Assembly (NCBI RefSeq): GCF_000150275.1
Contig: NW_002060958.1
Location: 938,272 to 1,002,271, forward strand
From: Trichoplax adhaerens
Lineage: Eukaryota > Animalia > Placozoa
DNA length: 64,000 nt
Direction of reading: 5' to 3'
The stretch's first letter is position 1. Each line of letters opens with the position of its first letter. Under the pieces are notes generated by a model. The model made no database searches and had not been told where the DNA came from. It saw nothing but the letters and a program-made list of their open reading frames with translations. The translations under genes were made by a program, and so were the position numbers. Of this stretch, positions 1-13,978 are shown piece by piece.

Positions 1-1940
1 TTTGAAAAGCTCACTTTTTAAGATCGGATATTAATTTATTCTTTTCTTGAGCAACTCTTTGATGATGCATACGATGATAGTCCCTCTCTTTGCGTAATCT
101 AATGTAAGTTTGTTTTGCATTTCTGAAAGCAAGTGAATTTAGCGGCATGTTACTAAGTGTAACTAATTTGAATGTCACGTTATAATTTCAAGAAAGAATA
201 GTAAAGTCTTTCATTAATGTGTTAAACGAATTTTAAGTCTTATTGTTGGGCTATATCTGCTAGTATGGCATCAATCTAACTACTTTTCATGTATAATACT
301 CGGTGCAGTTATACTAATCATATATATATATATATCACTGATATACATTAGTAGTACTTAGAACCTTTATTCCAGTGATATTAATCATTAAAACATATCT
401 TGATTAATCCAATCATATAGAAAACTATTTTCGCTAATTGAAAATACAATTTATCCGAAGGGCTGAGGTAATTTGCATTAAAATAATTTGCTTACTGTGC
501 AGCTGTCTTGAATTTCTCCACCTCGCCATGAAGAACTTTGATATCTTGATCCAATAGATCATTTCTAAAATAAATTTAATACATTCAATTAATATGTTGT
601 AATCGTGTGAAATTCCTCATCTTGAACTTCGCTTTGTTTAAGTTATAACGAAAAAGCTATTCCTAAATAGAGATACTGGAATTGAAGATTGCAAATTTCT
701 AGTACTTTGTGTAAATATCGGGCACCACGCTAACATCTTCTGGGTTTAACTGTCCTTTTTGCATCAATTCATACCTAAACAGTGTAGAGTTTTGGTAGTA
801 AGGTTGATTAAATTTAGTTATTGTCGACTATTGCTACACATTTCAGTAAAAAGTTTACCATTCGGTTTGAAAGCAATCTAGAGTACGTGTTAATCCCATC
901 TTCACGAAGAAATTTCGGACGAAGTCATCAATTAATTCTGGACGCTTTTAAACAAAAATAATTGCAATTGAAAAAGTTCTGTAAACTTTAGATTATAGGT
1001 TAACGAATATCAATTTGTTGAAGATTATAACATAGGATTAGGTCGTGAGTTACCTTTTGAAGTTTGGCTACGGGTACCGGCACAACCGTTTGCTATAATT
1101 AATTATTAAGTTAAAAAAGTGGGGGTATTTACTAACATGAAAATATAAACATCTTAGCCATCCTATTTTAAAAACAGTCTTTATGACTATGCTTACCGCT
1201 GCTTTAGAGTCTTCTTTCTTTTCTTGTAAATTTTTAACAGCTTTATCTAAGTTTTCTTCGCCATCTACGATAGTATAGATATTGGTAGGCATTAATAAAC
1301 TAGTGTACAGTATCCACTCAAGGCCATAAAATTTTTACCCATACTGTGATTAGACAACATTAAAATAGATGCCATTTAGACTGACCTGATATCGAATCGA
1401 CTTCATCATAAGGTACCTATTAAATGATATTTTAGGTAGTGAAGAATACATGCATCATTGCCTCTATCCAATTTCAAATTTTCGACGCTATCCATTGCAA
1501 TAAAATCATCATAGTATTATACCTCTTCATACTGGAAACCGTCTTCACTATCGTCTTCGATGGATAATTCTGTTTAGAATTTGATGTTAAGTCAAAGTAT
1601 ATGTGTATTCATCCGAAAGGAATAGTAGATTACAGAAAGCTTTATGTAGGTTCACTAGCTATGATAGAGCTTTCTCGTAAAATCAATTATTATCACATTT
1701 ATCAATACGAATTTATGAGTACAGACGAATCCACGATCAAGTTTTAGCAACAATATTTCACAAAGCATATAGCTAGTGCTGCAGATTGTCAAAGCAATGA
1801 ATGTCAATCATTGACCAATTCTAAATGATAACTAGTGAATTATAATGGGATACTAAACTATACGATTTAAATTTTGCTGGAGCTTAAAACTAAACGCACA
1901 GAAGGATACGTTCCAAGTAATAATTTGGATCGTCGGCCAT
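1..1940 (-). CDS. SPAG16: Sperm-associated antigen 16 / PF20 (axonemal central-apparatus protein), 5' part only; continues past the left edge
   Basis: ATG at 1940. Spliced exons (1910-1940, 1523-1569, 1386-1416, ~1198-1265, ~1055-1093, ~859-944 and further left) read MADDPNYYLEQLSIEDDSEDGFQYEE-VPYDEVDSISDGEENLDKAVK...RPELIDDFVRNFFVKMGLTRTLDCFQTEW...RKERDYHRMHHQRVAQEKNKLISDLK. This matches the recalled SPAG16 N-terminus (YYLEQ, DFL.NF..KMG.TRTLDCFQ.EW, ERDFHRMHH.R..QEKNKLI.DLK). Confidence 0.9.
1570..1909 (-). other. U12-type (minor spliceosome) GT-AG intron, SPAG16 intron 1
   Basis: 5' site GTATCCTTCT starts at 1909. Branch-like TTTGACTTAAC at 1596-1586 lies about 16 nt before the AG at 1571-1570, with no long polypyrimidine tract. 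Splicing restores YYLE-Q-LSIED in frame. Confidence 0.85.
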
Positions 1941-3963
1941 TGCAGCTATATACTATACTGATGTGTGCCTCCTCTAATTTTAGATTTCGTTGTTTCTCGA
2001 TTCTACCAAGTATTATTTCTCTCTCTGTCTCTTTGATATCTTGGTAGTCTCTGTATATTTTACAGATTTGTTAGGAAGCTGCCGCTGCCATATCACCATA
2101 GTAACCTTAACACCGTACAGTACAGTTGTTTTACTTGTTTCTATGAAGACAAGCTTAATACTGTAGCGCTTGCAAGTCTGATTGTAGTAATTTACAGTGT
2201 AAAGCGTTGTCATCTACAGTACCTACTGCGTAGTTGTACTGTACTGTACTGTATAGTACTTACTGCTAGTATACAGCAGTTACTATGACTATACATTACT
2301 ATACTATGTACACGTGTATATACTATACTATACATGTTATACTATACTATATAACATCTTGTACTCCAGGGAAGTTTTTATCTTCCGTGAGCCTACGGAA
2401 CATTTAGCCATGAAGTACATCAAAATGTGGCACTGATAGTGACTACAGCTAAATCGACGGTAGTATGCGTCACAATATTGTATACATCTAGGTATAATTC
2501 TATTGTAGGCATCGAGTCTCAGTTTACCGACGACGTATAAATTTAAGAATACTAGCTAACAGACTTCAATATTATAGTGAACTCCTTAATATTATCAAGT
2601 CGAAAGTTTTACCCGCTATATTACGTCAATGGCTATAACAGCTGTATACATATTGTCAACTTATTCTCAGACATGCTGTTAGTTTAAATAATAAGGGTAA
2701 CGTTAAATTGATAAAATAATCAAATATAAGCTATGAAAGATTTTAAGTTAAATTTCTTCAAAAATATGTGTAAGTATACATAGTAATATACGAAAATTAG
2801 TTTATAACGCGAATAAATATGGATAATACGCGTATCCCTAAGAATTGCAGATAAATGACGTAACACTTGTTATTGACGCTTAAATAACTTACCATGAATA
2901 CGTACAATAATCGGCGTACCAACTTTGCATCAGTCATAAATTATAATTTATTAAGGCTGCGCATAATTATAATTACTAGCATACGTACAATATATCTACA
3001 ACTTACATCTTCATAAGGTCTTCGAGGACGCAACTTGGCTGATATTTAATTATATAATTTGTAGTTATTACGAAAATATAACAAATAATTTATATACTGG
3101 AACTTTCGTGTCCACTACAGTAAATTACAATGGATTATATCATGTCACCACCTGTGAATTACTCTTCAATTTATGAAAGAATTGTAGTTTATTGCCATGC
3201 TGTAAATTAAATACATGAATTTAGCCGTGGTTCCGTGAAAATCAATTCACAAATTATCATGCTCCTGATACAGAAGTAGTCAGTGCTTATCATATTAACA
3301 CGGATAATTTTAATAAATATGTCTCCGATCACAATACGATATCAAACCTAAGGAATCATCGTTAATAAAGCGCAGCAAAATTAGATTATTGACAACACTT
3401 TATAATTTAAATCCAACTGTTAAAAACTATTTTTAATTTTATTTTTATTTCATCATAAAAGCAACAACGCTTTCAATAAATAAATGGGCACGCTAAATCG
3501 GATTGAATTGCAATGCAAATTTTCCTATTATGTTTATAATTCATATACAGTTAATACAATGATTAATCTCTGTGCATCAATAATACATGACAGCAAAGGT
3601 ATTGATGATTTTCATACCCCAAAACATCAACGATATATTACATTAATTAAATGTAGCGATTTGCCACAACTTTTTCCTCAAAATTTTTACAGATAGTAAT
3701 AATTATTGATTGGGAATGACAATCTATCAAGTAAACATCAATTTAAAGCTAATAAATGCTAATTAGTTTATTTTTTGTCACTAAACGAAATACGTGTTAG
3801 TTATTAATCATACAGCAACGACTTTAGCAGTCAAAAGAACATCACTGGCAACGTACATAAATTCTAATAAAAGATTCGTTAATAGCAAAGCAACATATAT
3901 ATCGACCGTTAAGCCTTCGGTTAAAATCTGCAATAGTACATCTCTGTGATATGACTGTCATTC

Positions 3964-6900
3964 TTAATCATGGCATATAGGTATCCCATATACTACTGGG
4001 GAAGCGCCGACCAAGTATTTTAATTTACAAACATTTCTTGCAGCATGAATATGTTCTAGCAAGGATCCATTACCGGAATCGTTCATCCAAGATTGAATAA
4101 GGTGCATAGTAAATCGATCGATATCTTTATCCGTAACATCCCACATGTTAGCAACAATACATGGACTAAATAAAAATATAGACAGCAACATAAATTGAAT
4201 GTATATGTGATTAGAAATGTAAATAAACAATTTAATAAGTTACCATCCAGCTAACAAGTAAGTCATTGCCATGCCATTTGCCTCTAGTAAACCTGAAACC
4301 TGAATAGTTAATAAATCAAGATAAATGTTATATTTCGCGTTACTTTACGGCGCTAAAGAATAATAGATACTAGCTCGCACTATCAAACAGTACGCATGCA
4401 AACCTTAAGCTTCCCACTACTACACCCCATTAGTAGTGTGGTTGCCTTGCAATTTAGCTTTTGAATACAATCGCCCTTCAAATAATCTGCACCGGAACCG
4501 TGACCGCAGTATCTGTAAATGAAATCATCAAATGTACAGTATTAACTATCATTATTTCGATTAAAAGCTGAGCTTAAGTCTTTATAATTACATGAAAAAA
4601 TCATTGTCTGTTAGCGCAGCTCCAAATTCTTCTTCGTTAGGAATTCTGGCAATAATTCCTTTCCACTTATTCCTAGGAAACATCGTATATTTTAGTCACA
4701 GTCTTAAGAAAAACAACTACCAAGAAATTTATAAAATACTTACGAGTTAAAAAATGGTCCAAATGCTTTTTCTGTAGATGGTAAATCATTTCTTGGATTT
4801 AGTATATAAAAGGTGTTCTTTAAATTTACCCGATAATCAACTCTGGACAACTAGGTATCGAGACATACGTAAAAGTGATAGGAAAAACGAACATAATTAA
4901 TTAATTTGTGTGTGTGTGTGTGTTATTAAAATAAAATCAGAAATGTTCGCACATCAGAAAAGTGTGAAAGAACGAAGGGTAAGGATGGCATCCTTGATAC
5001 AGGATGAGGTCGCAAAATGCTGATATTTTCCCATGGCAGATGTTGCAGATGCTAAAAGTTATAAAATTTAAGTAGTTTAATATATTAAAGTAGCCTTATT
5101 AGTTAACAAATATATCGGTATAAGTTCACTACCTTATCCAGAATTAATATAACTGGATACCGCTCACTGGTACGACTCCTATAACATCGTGCAATTCGAA
5201 ATAAATGATACCGCTTTCAAATTAAATTCAAAACTGATATCGTATATGAATTACTTTCTCTAAAATTTACCCCGGAGAAATGAATCCTATCTTACTCGCC
5301 ATAGCAGATATTTCTTTCACGGCCTGCCAATATAAACCAAAGATAATAAACATCTACTAGTAGATAGTACTCAATAAAATTAAAAATATTTTTATTCAGT
5401 AGTTCTTGTATCCAGATCAGCTTATTTGAACACAAACATACATTCATAATTTTAAATTAAATATTCAAATTCACACAATAACATTACAGATTTATACCGA
5501 GCGTATGGCATCGTCATCTCTTGATAAACCTAGCACTAACGAAATAGCTTCAACAAGTTCCTCATCATCCAAGTATTCAATTGAATTTAGTAGCACCTAA
5601 AGTCCATAATAATAGCACCAGTTACTCGCTATATATATTTAAAAAAATGTGAGATCCAACATACGGAATGGATCTAAGTGAACTTACCTTAAGTAAACCT
5701 TCATCTAACTCCCGTTTTAATTTTGTCACAACTTTCGACTTTACTTGATCAGATAGAGTTTGCAGCCGATACTGCATTGTGGCATCTTTGCATATTCCGA
5801 GTACCATACCTTTTAGACAGCCTAACAATTTTTTCTCAATACTTTCAGCAAATTTCTGTGAGTAAGAGTAAAGTGATGTCAAGATAGTAAGAAATTAGTA
5901 GTCAAATTTACCAGAAGATGAAATGTTTACCTTCATTTTTTCATCTAGTTTATAGCGTTTATTCCACCAACTCTTCTTGTTGCAGTCTTTCATGCTCGCG
6001 GAATTTTCGTCCAGTATATTATCATAATCCTTTAGAATTGTGAGATACGAAACTATAGAACCCTAAAATGATCGAAAGATTCGATATAGAAAGTAGAAAT
6101 AAAATACTCTAAATATTTACTTTGAAGACAATTGGAAGCGTTAAGTAAAATAATCATACAATATCATCAATATGTAAGGGGATCCTATAAAGTATCGGCT
6201 TCGTCTTATTTTGAAGGCGTGATATTAGCAGATAGTTGAAATTGTTTGACTTCATATCCATTTCGTCGTAAAGTAAATAGTTGCTCGTGCTTACCAATGA
6301 TAGAGTACATACAACTATTCCTACAATGAACATAATTATAGGTATTTTTCCCTTAAGATACTCAAATTTATCAAAAACTTGTAAACATATGATATACAAA
6401 TATACGCGTATATTAGCTAGCTTAAATTACCATCTGGTAATGTATCAACTGAATGCTCTTGAAAATTTTTCTCCAAGTCATTTCCAAATAAATATTGTTC
6501 CTTGAATGACAGTAGCTTTCTTTTTTCAAGAAAATACTGCAGCCGAGTTGTTGCAGCTTCACTTTGTTCATTTTGTGAATTAAGACCACTCTCTTCTTCG
6601 CTTCCTTTTGGTTCTAGATCGAGATCCAACGAGGATAGCTGGCAAATTAAGCTTTCCATTGGTTTATTGTCTCCACGAAAAGACTATTAATAGAATAGAA
6701 TATATTTTTTATTATTAGCTATTATTTGGACAAGCCTTCAAAAAAAAATGTAGAGACTACCTTAAGTACTGAAGCAATAGCATTAGATTCATGGCAATGA
6801 TTCCTAAAGGGAATATAAGGAAGATAAATATGTATTGTAGACAAGACATCAGCATTTAGTACTGTTTATTTTGTTTACTTCAGGTAAGATTCACGTTATT

Positions 6901-9900
6901 AATATATTTACTAGGAGTTACTGATAATTCATCGTACCTTATTTTCTTCCCCAAGCTAGCTAAGGCTTGATATCTCAATGATATCGATAATGATAAATGC
7001 AAGAAATGAGCTGCCATACTCGTAGAATGGAACCCAATAATTGTAGTTAACATAAGGCAAAGTCTTTTTAAGGCTGTCGAATCATTGGCGATAAATGATA
7101 GCTTTAAAGCCTTATTTAAAGATGTGATTAGTTCAATATCCCTAGTATTCCAACTTTTATCGAAACACTGCACTTGCTGATTTTTGGTAATTATAGCTTT
7201 TGCTTTTGCCGAAGATGCTACGCCATTCCGTGGTTTGCTTATCCGTTTCTTCGAAGTCTCACTATCATCAACCGCAAGCTTTCCGTTCTTATTCTTTGGT
7301 TTTCGTCCTCTTTTCGTATTTAAGCTCTGTGAAACTCTGAGGATGTGAGAGGCACTACTGCTATCTCCAGATGTAGTTCCTAAAAATAAAAGAAAATTGG
7401 TTTTCGAATAAGGGAGAGGCACTCAAAATGCAATATTAGCGTTCATTACAGCATAATCTTTAACAGTTATTGAATTTTCATACCGGACTCAGTTTTAGTA
7501 AAAATTTGTTGACGTAAATCCCACGAATCATTCAATATGACTGGTACTTTACTGCCTCCGTCAATAACGGATAAATTAAATTTGATCAGAGCTTTAACAT
7601 ACAAATGCCAACATTGCAAAGATGGAGAACATTTTTCAGGAGAAATAATTCTTTGAAGTACGTCATTCGCTTGATTCAGCTCTCCTTCCCGCATGTTTAC
7701 TTCAGAGTGAAGACAAATGACCTTATTTACTAACTCTATTATAGGAAGATAGCGATTGTCCCACAGTAAATCTATATCAAGATGTTCGCTTAATTCACCA
7801 GAATTCCTCCTTAACACAAGATTTAAGTCAGTTTGTATTTGACGCATCGATTCTACTGCACCATCTTCCATAGCATTGAATAAACGTAACATGTTATCCA
7901 GAATATTTAAACATTCAACATTGTTGCCAATAGTAGAATACGTTTTGGCTTTAACATAGAACACATCCAGTATCATATGTAAGTCTCGAATGGTATGCAT
8001 AGGAAAGCTATTTTTATCACATCCATGTAGATATTTACTCAAGGACATTAACGCTATATTTCTATTTTTTGAGTTACTACTAAATAAATGATTGACGTTA
8101 CATATCTTATGTGAGATAGAATTAGCTCGTGTATCATCACATAGATCAATAACGGCTTCTACTTCGAATTTTATCGCGTTTCCAGCTTGCATCATGAAAT
8201 CATCGCTTGAATCTTGCTTTCCTCTGAGTAACTCCAGCTCGCTCAATCGAATGTTGAAGTAAACAATCCTAAGCAAATCATATAAAGTGATTGCTCATTA
8301 TCAGTAAATAATTAATTCAACTATCCGTAAATCCTTTTTATTAATATAAATAATATAAAGAAAAAACTTCTAAATATAGTCATCACTAGAAGCAAATTGC
8401 TACCTCTTCGACAAGTGTAACATATTAGCCACATGATGGCCTTCCATTAAATATCTTTTACTTTCAGAGACAGTTCCATGTAGACTTAAGATTTCACTGA
8501 TTTGTTGTAAAGCCTCCAGGAAATAGTACAAGATGTTCCACTCCGAGTTCTCGGGTGTTGTGCGAATAACACCATTATTTTTATCATTTGCTATTGAAAT
8601 ATGTTACAATATTCATAAAAAATACTCATTTTTTAAATTTCCATCTGAACGCAATTTATTTAGGCATACATTTAACCTTACCAGGTAGCGTAATATTTGC
8701 AAAACGATTCTTTAACAATATACGACATAAGTGAAGATTCTCCATTGCAGCATCAACAAGTAAATTATGTTCATAAGAACTCCAATCTTCGCCTGACACC
8801 AAGCAGATTGTAGACACCACTGCATGAATATACGATTTTACTTTAACTGACAGTATAGTTTTAGTAAAATGGACAGTCAGGAGGATATTTCCGATATTTT
8901 GCATCGATTCCTTTATCTACGAAAGAAACAACACAATCTGGCTGTAATGTATTTATTACTATCGCACATATCTAATAATAACATTTAACATACATTTCCC
9001 TTTAAAACTTCAACTAAGGCAGTGGTCACTTGAAGGTAAACATCTATCATATCAATTTGCGATGGATTTTCCTTCGATAGCTGATTAAGAATTTGTCTAC
9101 CTCTGTTTACTAATGCTGTTGCGTACGATACCAACTTCAGCTGGCAAAGAATATAACATAGCTCACAATACTTCATAACGGTCTGTTGCTTTATTACATT
9201 GTACGATTTCTTGCCTATGCTATCTTCTGTTATAGCTTCACCAAGTATTAACCTCAACGTTAAAGCTTTAATTCGATAACAACTCTGCATTGAAAGAAAG
9301 CGGATTAGTTTTAGTTTTATTGACAATAATATAGTACCGTATATTCACTATCTCATACATAAAAGTCATACCTCATCATGTAATGCGAAAAAATCGCTTA
9401 GTAACCCTAGATTAGAGCATGTGATGTCAACTCTCCAGATTCTTTTAGAATCTAATTTTCCATCATTTGTGATAGAGCTCCAAATGTTCATAGCCAAAAT
9501 AAAATTTCTTAATGGTAATTCAGCATCTTTTCTGATATCCTGTTGCTACAATAACATTTTTACTAGTAATCAGATTTTACAAATTATGAGATAATGTTAA
9601 TCAATTTAATGAAAATAAGCCTACATTAGACATAAGCTCTTCCATAATACAAATGCCAAGCCATAAATGTGCTGTAGCTAAAAGATCTTTGGCGCAAGGA
9701 AAATTTATTTCATCCTTCTCTACTAGTGTTAACGTATTTATAATTTCTTTACATGTATCCCTAGGTAATTCACTTAGATAACAAAGAATGAATATATTAT
9801 TACAACTTGTTCCATAAATATCACAATAAAGGTAGAACAAACGCATGTGGCTTACCGTTGCATATCCTGTGATAATCGATTTAATTGCATTAATTCTATT

Positions 9901-12900
9901 AATATCCAGCACTTATGCTGCAACATATTTCTGCTGTCATATCTTTTTGACAACTCGTTAATAATAGCAATTTGTTCATTTATGGTGTCCGATCTGTTGT
10001 TCATCCACATAGTATAGTGACAAAACGTTAATCATCTGATATAAAGCTAGCTCATTTGTATATTAAGAATAAGCACCCAATATAAATATCAGATTAATAA
10101 ACATTAAAATTTACGAACTTGTTAGTTTTATACGAATTAAATTCCTCTTCTAATAGTGATAGACGTTGATCATGATTCATATTTTCCAAATTTGATTCCA
10201 AAAATCTAGAAATTCATCAACATGTAATTAGAACTCTTTTGCGCGACAGAATATCTACCTGATAACTGCTTAAACTATTGTACCATATAGAGTGAGTCAT
10301 AGTTACCTATTTCTCAAAAGTTGAATGGCATGGTCATCCGTTAATTCTTCTATCGCATTTACTTTAACTTTAACCCAAGTATCTGCTATCTTTTGCATTA
10401 TATGCTGGGGTAATGGCTTAGAAGTTGTCATTAAACTACTAATAAAATCTTTTAGCATTTTGAATGCCTCGTCGTAATTTTTGTAATAATTCAGGCAGTC
10501 TATACGTAAAACTGCTACTTTTAACAAAATTGCCTAAATAAGACAAATCAATGTTCCATGAGTGACCAATATCAATTTATGTTGATAGCAATATAGTTTT
10601 ACTACGCTATGAAAACTAGTCAATCTATCCTGTAAGGTGTAGGAGCGTATTTTAACAACTGCATAGGAAAAGAATGCATAATCTAAAGAGTAGACTGGCT
10701 TACTTACCATACTATTCGTATCTGTTTCCTGACTATCACTTTCATTATTGCGCAATTGTATTAATGTAGTAAATGTGAGACGCAAAACGGTTTCAGCTAC
10801 GTCAAAATATTTCTTATTAAATAGAAATAATCCAATAGAATAAGCCACTCCGCCTAGATTTCGTCGTTCCCATGAAATCTTTTTAAGATTTGCCATATGT
10901 TGGGTAACTCTTAAATTCTCATTGGCGACAACTAGGAATTGATCAGCCAAGTCGCTAATAGTTATTTTTTCTTGAATACCTACATGAACATTGGATTAAC
11001 AATTTAGGCAATTAAGGGGATAATAAAGCACATACTAAATAAATATTTCATACTCGCTAATCTGAAACGTTTACGACTTAGAAATGATAAATTGGCATAA
11101 CACATTACAGAATTGGATAATTTGTTACCTAATATAGATTGGTTAAATTTTATGTACAAAGATAGGATCTTGTAATTGCACGCAAGTAGAGGTAGATAAC
11201 GATCTAATAATTTATTGTTTACGTCTGTTGACGATTTTTCCGTCTTGATACCATCATTTTCCCATTTTGTAGTTAAAGGTATGCTAAGACTTAGTAATCG
11301 ATTATAACTATCCAACATAAAAGCCAGTTGCTTATTATCGTTTTCATGATCGCAACGAGACGAATAATCATGAATGATGTTATTTGCTGTTAATTTGACA
11401 ATTTCGAATAATTCAATTAGTATAAATAAACTTTGAGTGAGTTGAAAAGATTTTAAGCATCTCGTCAATTCTTGACAAGCTTGTATAATTTGTTTCTGCT
11501 TACTGTAGATATTATTGATGGATAGTGTCTCAATAGGTAATTGTGATATTTCAATACTCAATCTAGATAGCGTTGTTACCGCAACAATTAAAGCTATCAT
11601 AGACTTGTTAGTATTTTGTTTCGGTAGTAGCAATTTATTCAATTGTTTGATTAAATTAATGGCAGCTTGGCTATTACCGGCTAGGTAATGACAACACCAA
11701 TAATTACTATAAAAGCTTAAGAGGCTTGATAAATTGACAAGTTGCCTTTGATCATCACACGTTAACCAAGCCATAAGCTGTTGTAACTGTTGGTTTGCCC
11801 AATTTTCAAAGTTACCATAGAAATTGGCAATGATTTGGTAATGATTGCAACATTTCTTATCAAATTTAAAAAGGTAAGAATGGCAACTACGAATCATTTT
11901 ATCAACGATCCAATCTAATTGTTGGTTGGCAGCAATGGCGAGCATTAAGCTTAATTTTCGACATTTTAAGACTACAGCTTCTCGTTGATCAATATCCCAC
12001 TTTTCAATTCGGAATGCACAACTCCATAATAATTGATGACCACTAATAAGTAATTTTTGATGCTCATCGTTATCTAAATCTTTCTTTTTCATTTTTTTAT
12101 CAGTTAATTTATCATGCAATAACTTGATCCATACCAATGACTGGTTAACAAATTGTTTCTTTAATAGCTTATCCGACATACAATAGATTAATTTGCCCAC
12201 TTTCAAGGAATCGACTGTGGTCAGTTGTTGTAGCTTGGATAAATACTGTAGAACAGTATGGGATATTTGGCAAATTGTTTCAACAGTGTCGAGGTCATGA
12301 TTGTCTTGAGCTAAAATGTCCACTGATTTTTTGAGCATTTTCATTGCCATAATCACTTCCTGTTTTATAGACTTTGTATTCTTGTTTTGCTTGTGAATTT
12401 TATTCAATGCGGCTATATGATCCTATATTTATGAAGGAAGAGGATGAATCGTAATTGATTGAATGAGTTCGTATATCATTCATGAGCATGACTATTATCT
12501 AGGGAAGTGGCATCACACATAGACTGGAGTGGTTTTTTTATTAGCCCATGGATCACAACATCGAATTGCAATTTATTCCATTAATTCAAATAAATGAAGA
12601 TGAAACGTATATATCGTATACAGTACTACTGCACCACCCACTAGCTATATCAGTGAGAGTTTCGATTGTGGCTAATCCTACTGTGTTGAGCAAGAGCGAC
12701 TGAAGTATGAATCTGTCTTTCTTTCTTCCTCGTTGCAAATCCTACAGTATAAAATGGACAATCTGCTCTTTTTGTACACTTGCATGGCGTATGGCTATGT
12801 TTGTAGACTATTTTAGCATGATCTTAGTGGAAAAGTAGCAGTAAAAGGTTTTTATCCTAGCTGACGAGAACGCAGTCTAGTGTGCAGATCAAAACAACTT

Positions 12901-13240
12901 GGTTATTGCTTGTACTTGTGTGTCCTCATTGTATAGTATATTGTACACAATTGCATAACGAGATCGACAGGCTTTATATTGTACATAGAATGACCATTTA
13001 GTAACTGTACTTTGCTTGCAGTTTGTTGTTCTACAGTATTATAACTAATAAAAAGTAGAATGGTACTACTGCTAATGACCCAGTTGCAACGGTTTCAATT
13101 TTCAAAATGGAATGGTACATCGTTAACAAAAGTACTTGTCTATCCATTGAACAATAATATTATTACAGTGGCAATTTTACCTTAATCTTTGGTAAGATTT
13201 CATGGCAACTCGTTGCACTATATTGATCGATTAGATCCAT
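3964..13240 (-). CDS. ESPL1: Separase (ESP1, peptidase C50), multi-exon
   Basis: Catalytic His motif YCGHGSG (~4490-4512), catalytic Cys motif LLMGCSSGKL (~4405-4436), VANMWDVTDKDIDRF, and C-terminal YLVGASPVVYGIP (ORF 3964-4230). Long helical N-terminal exons (ORFs 7467-8276, 11004-12407). Inferred first exon 13181-13240 (MDLIDQYSATSCHEILPKIK|GT) splices in frame to the acceptor at 12422. Confidence 0.93.
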
Positions 13241-13794
13241 TTTGATTGTATTGGGTAATTCTGCACTTTGACTAGATGGCCTTTTTTACTCAATGACCGC
13301 AAAGAATGAACTGTTGCTTTTTCTTCCTTGCTGTTGATATCCTCCACTGACAAAGCAGTTGTACCAATACCCAGTGGAAGCCCGTTGCAGTTCAATTTGA
13401 ATGTTTTCTCGGTCTGTTCACTTCTGGACGACTTTTTGGAAGATATAAATTGGCAAAGGACCAAAGAAACTCTTCCAGGACAACTGGAAATGTTCCTTCA
13501 CGACATGAAGGAAAAATGGCCAAGACGGAACTGACTGCAGTAGGATGACGGTATTGATACGTAGACGGTTGTGGGGCGAAGCTTGAAGGTATCGTACACC
13601 ACTGCAGTTGACGCTCTTGAACGGTCACTTTTCCCTCATACAAAGTCAACAGTGGAAATCCATTGAAATATTTCTTTGTCCTGTGGTTGACTTGGATTTT
13701 GAATGACCCGCCTTCATTTCAAAAACGGTTCACCCCCAGCGGTACTACAACCGCAAAGCCAGTCAGCACCAGTGATACGATTGCTGTCATGGTT

Positions 13795-13921
13795 GTACTG
13801 TACAGTGTACAGTACAGGACGTATCGTAGGGTGTGTACTGTACACTGTAACTTTCAACGCCATTATGGTTGACTGTACTGTAGCAGTCCAGAGCAGCGCG
13901 GTATACTGTACAGTACAGTAG
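13795..13921. promoter_or_regulatory. Putative bidirectional promoter ESPL1/MTX2 marked by a (GTACT/GTACA)n pentamer cluster
   Basis: Lies between divergent ATGs at 13240 (-) and 13979 (+); dense tactgtacagt-type palindromic pentamers. Confidence 0.5.
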
Positions 13922-13978
13922 ATCCATCGATCGCTCGTCTCAGTCTGCCAAACGCTCAAGGACCAAATTCAAGCCATC

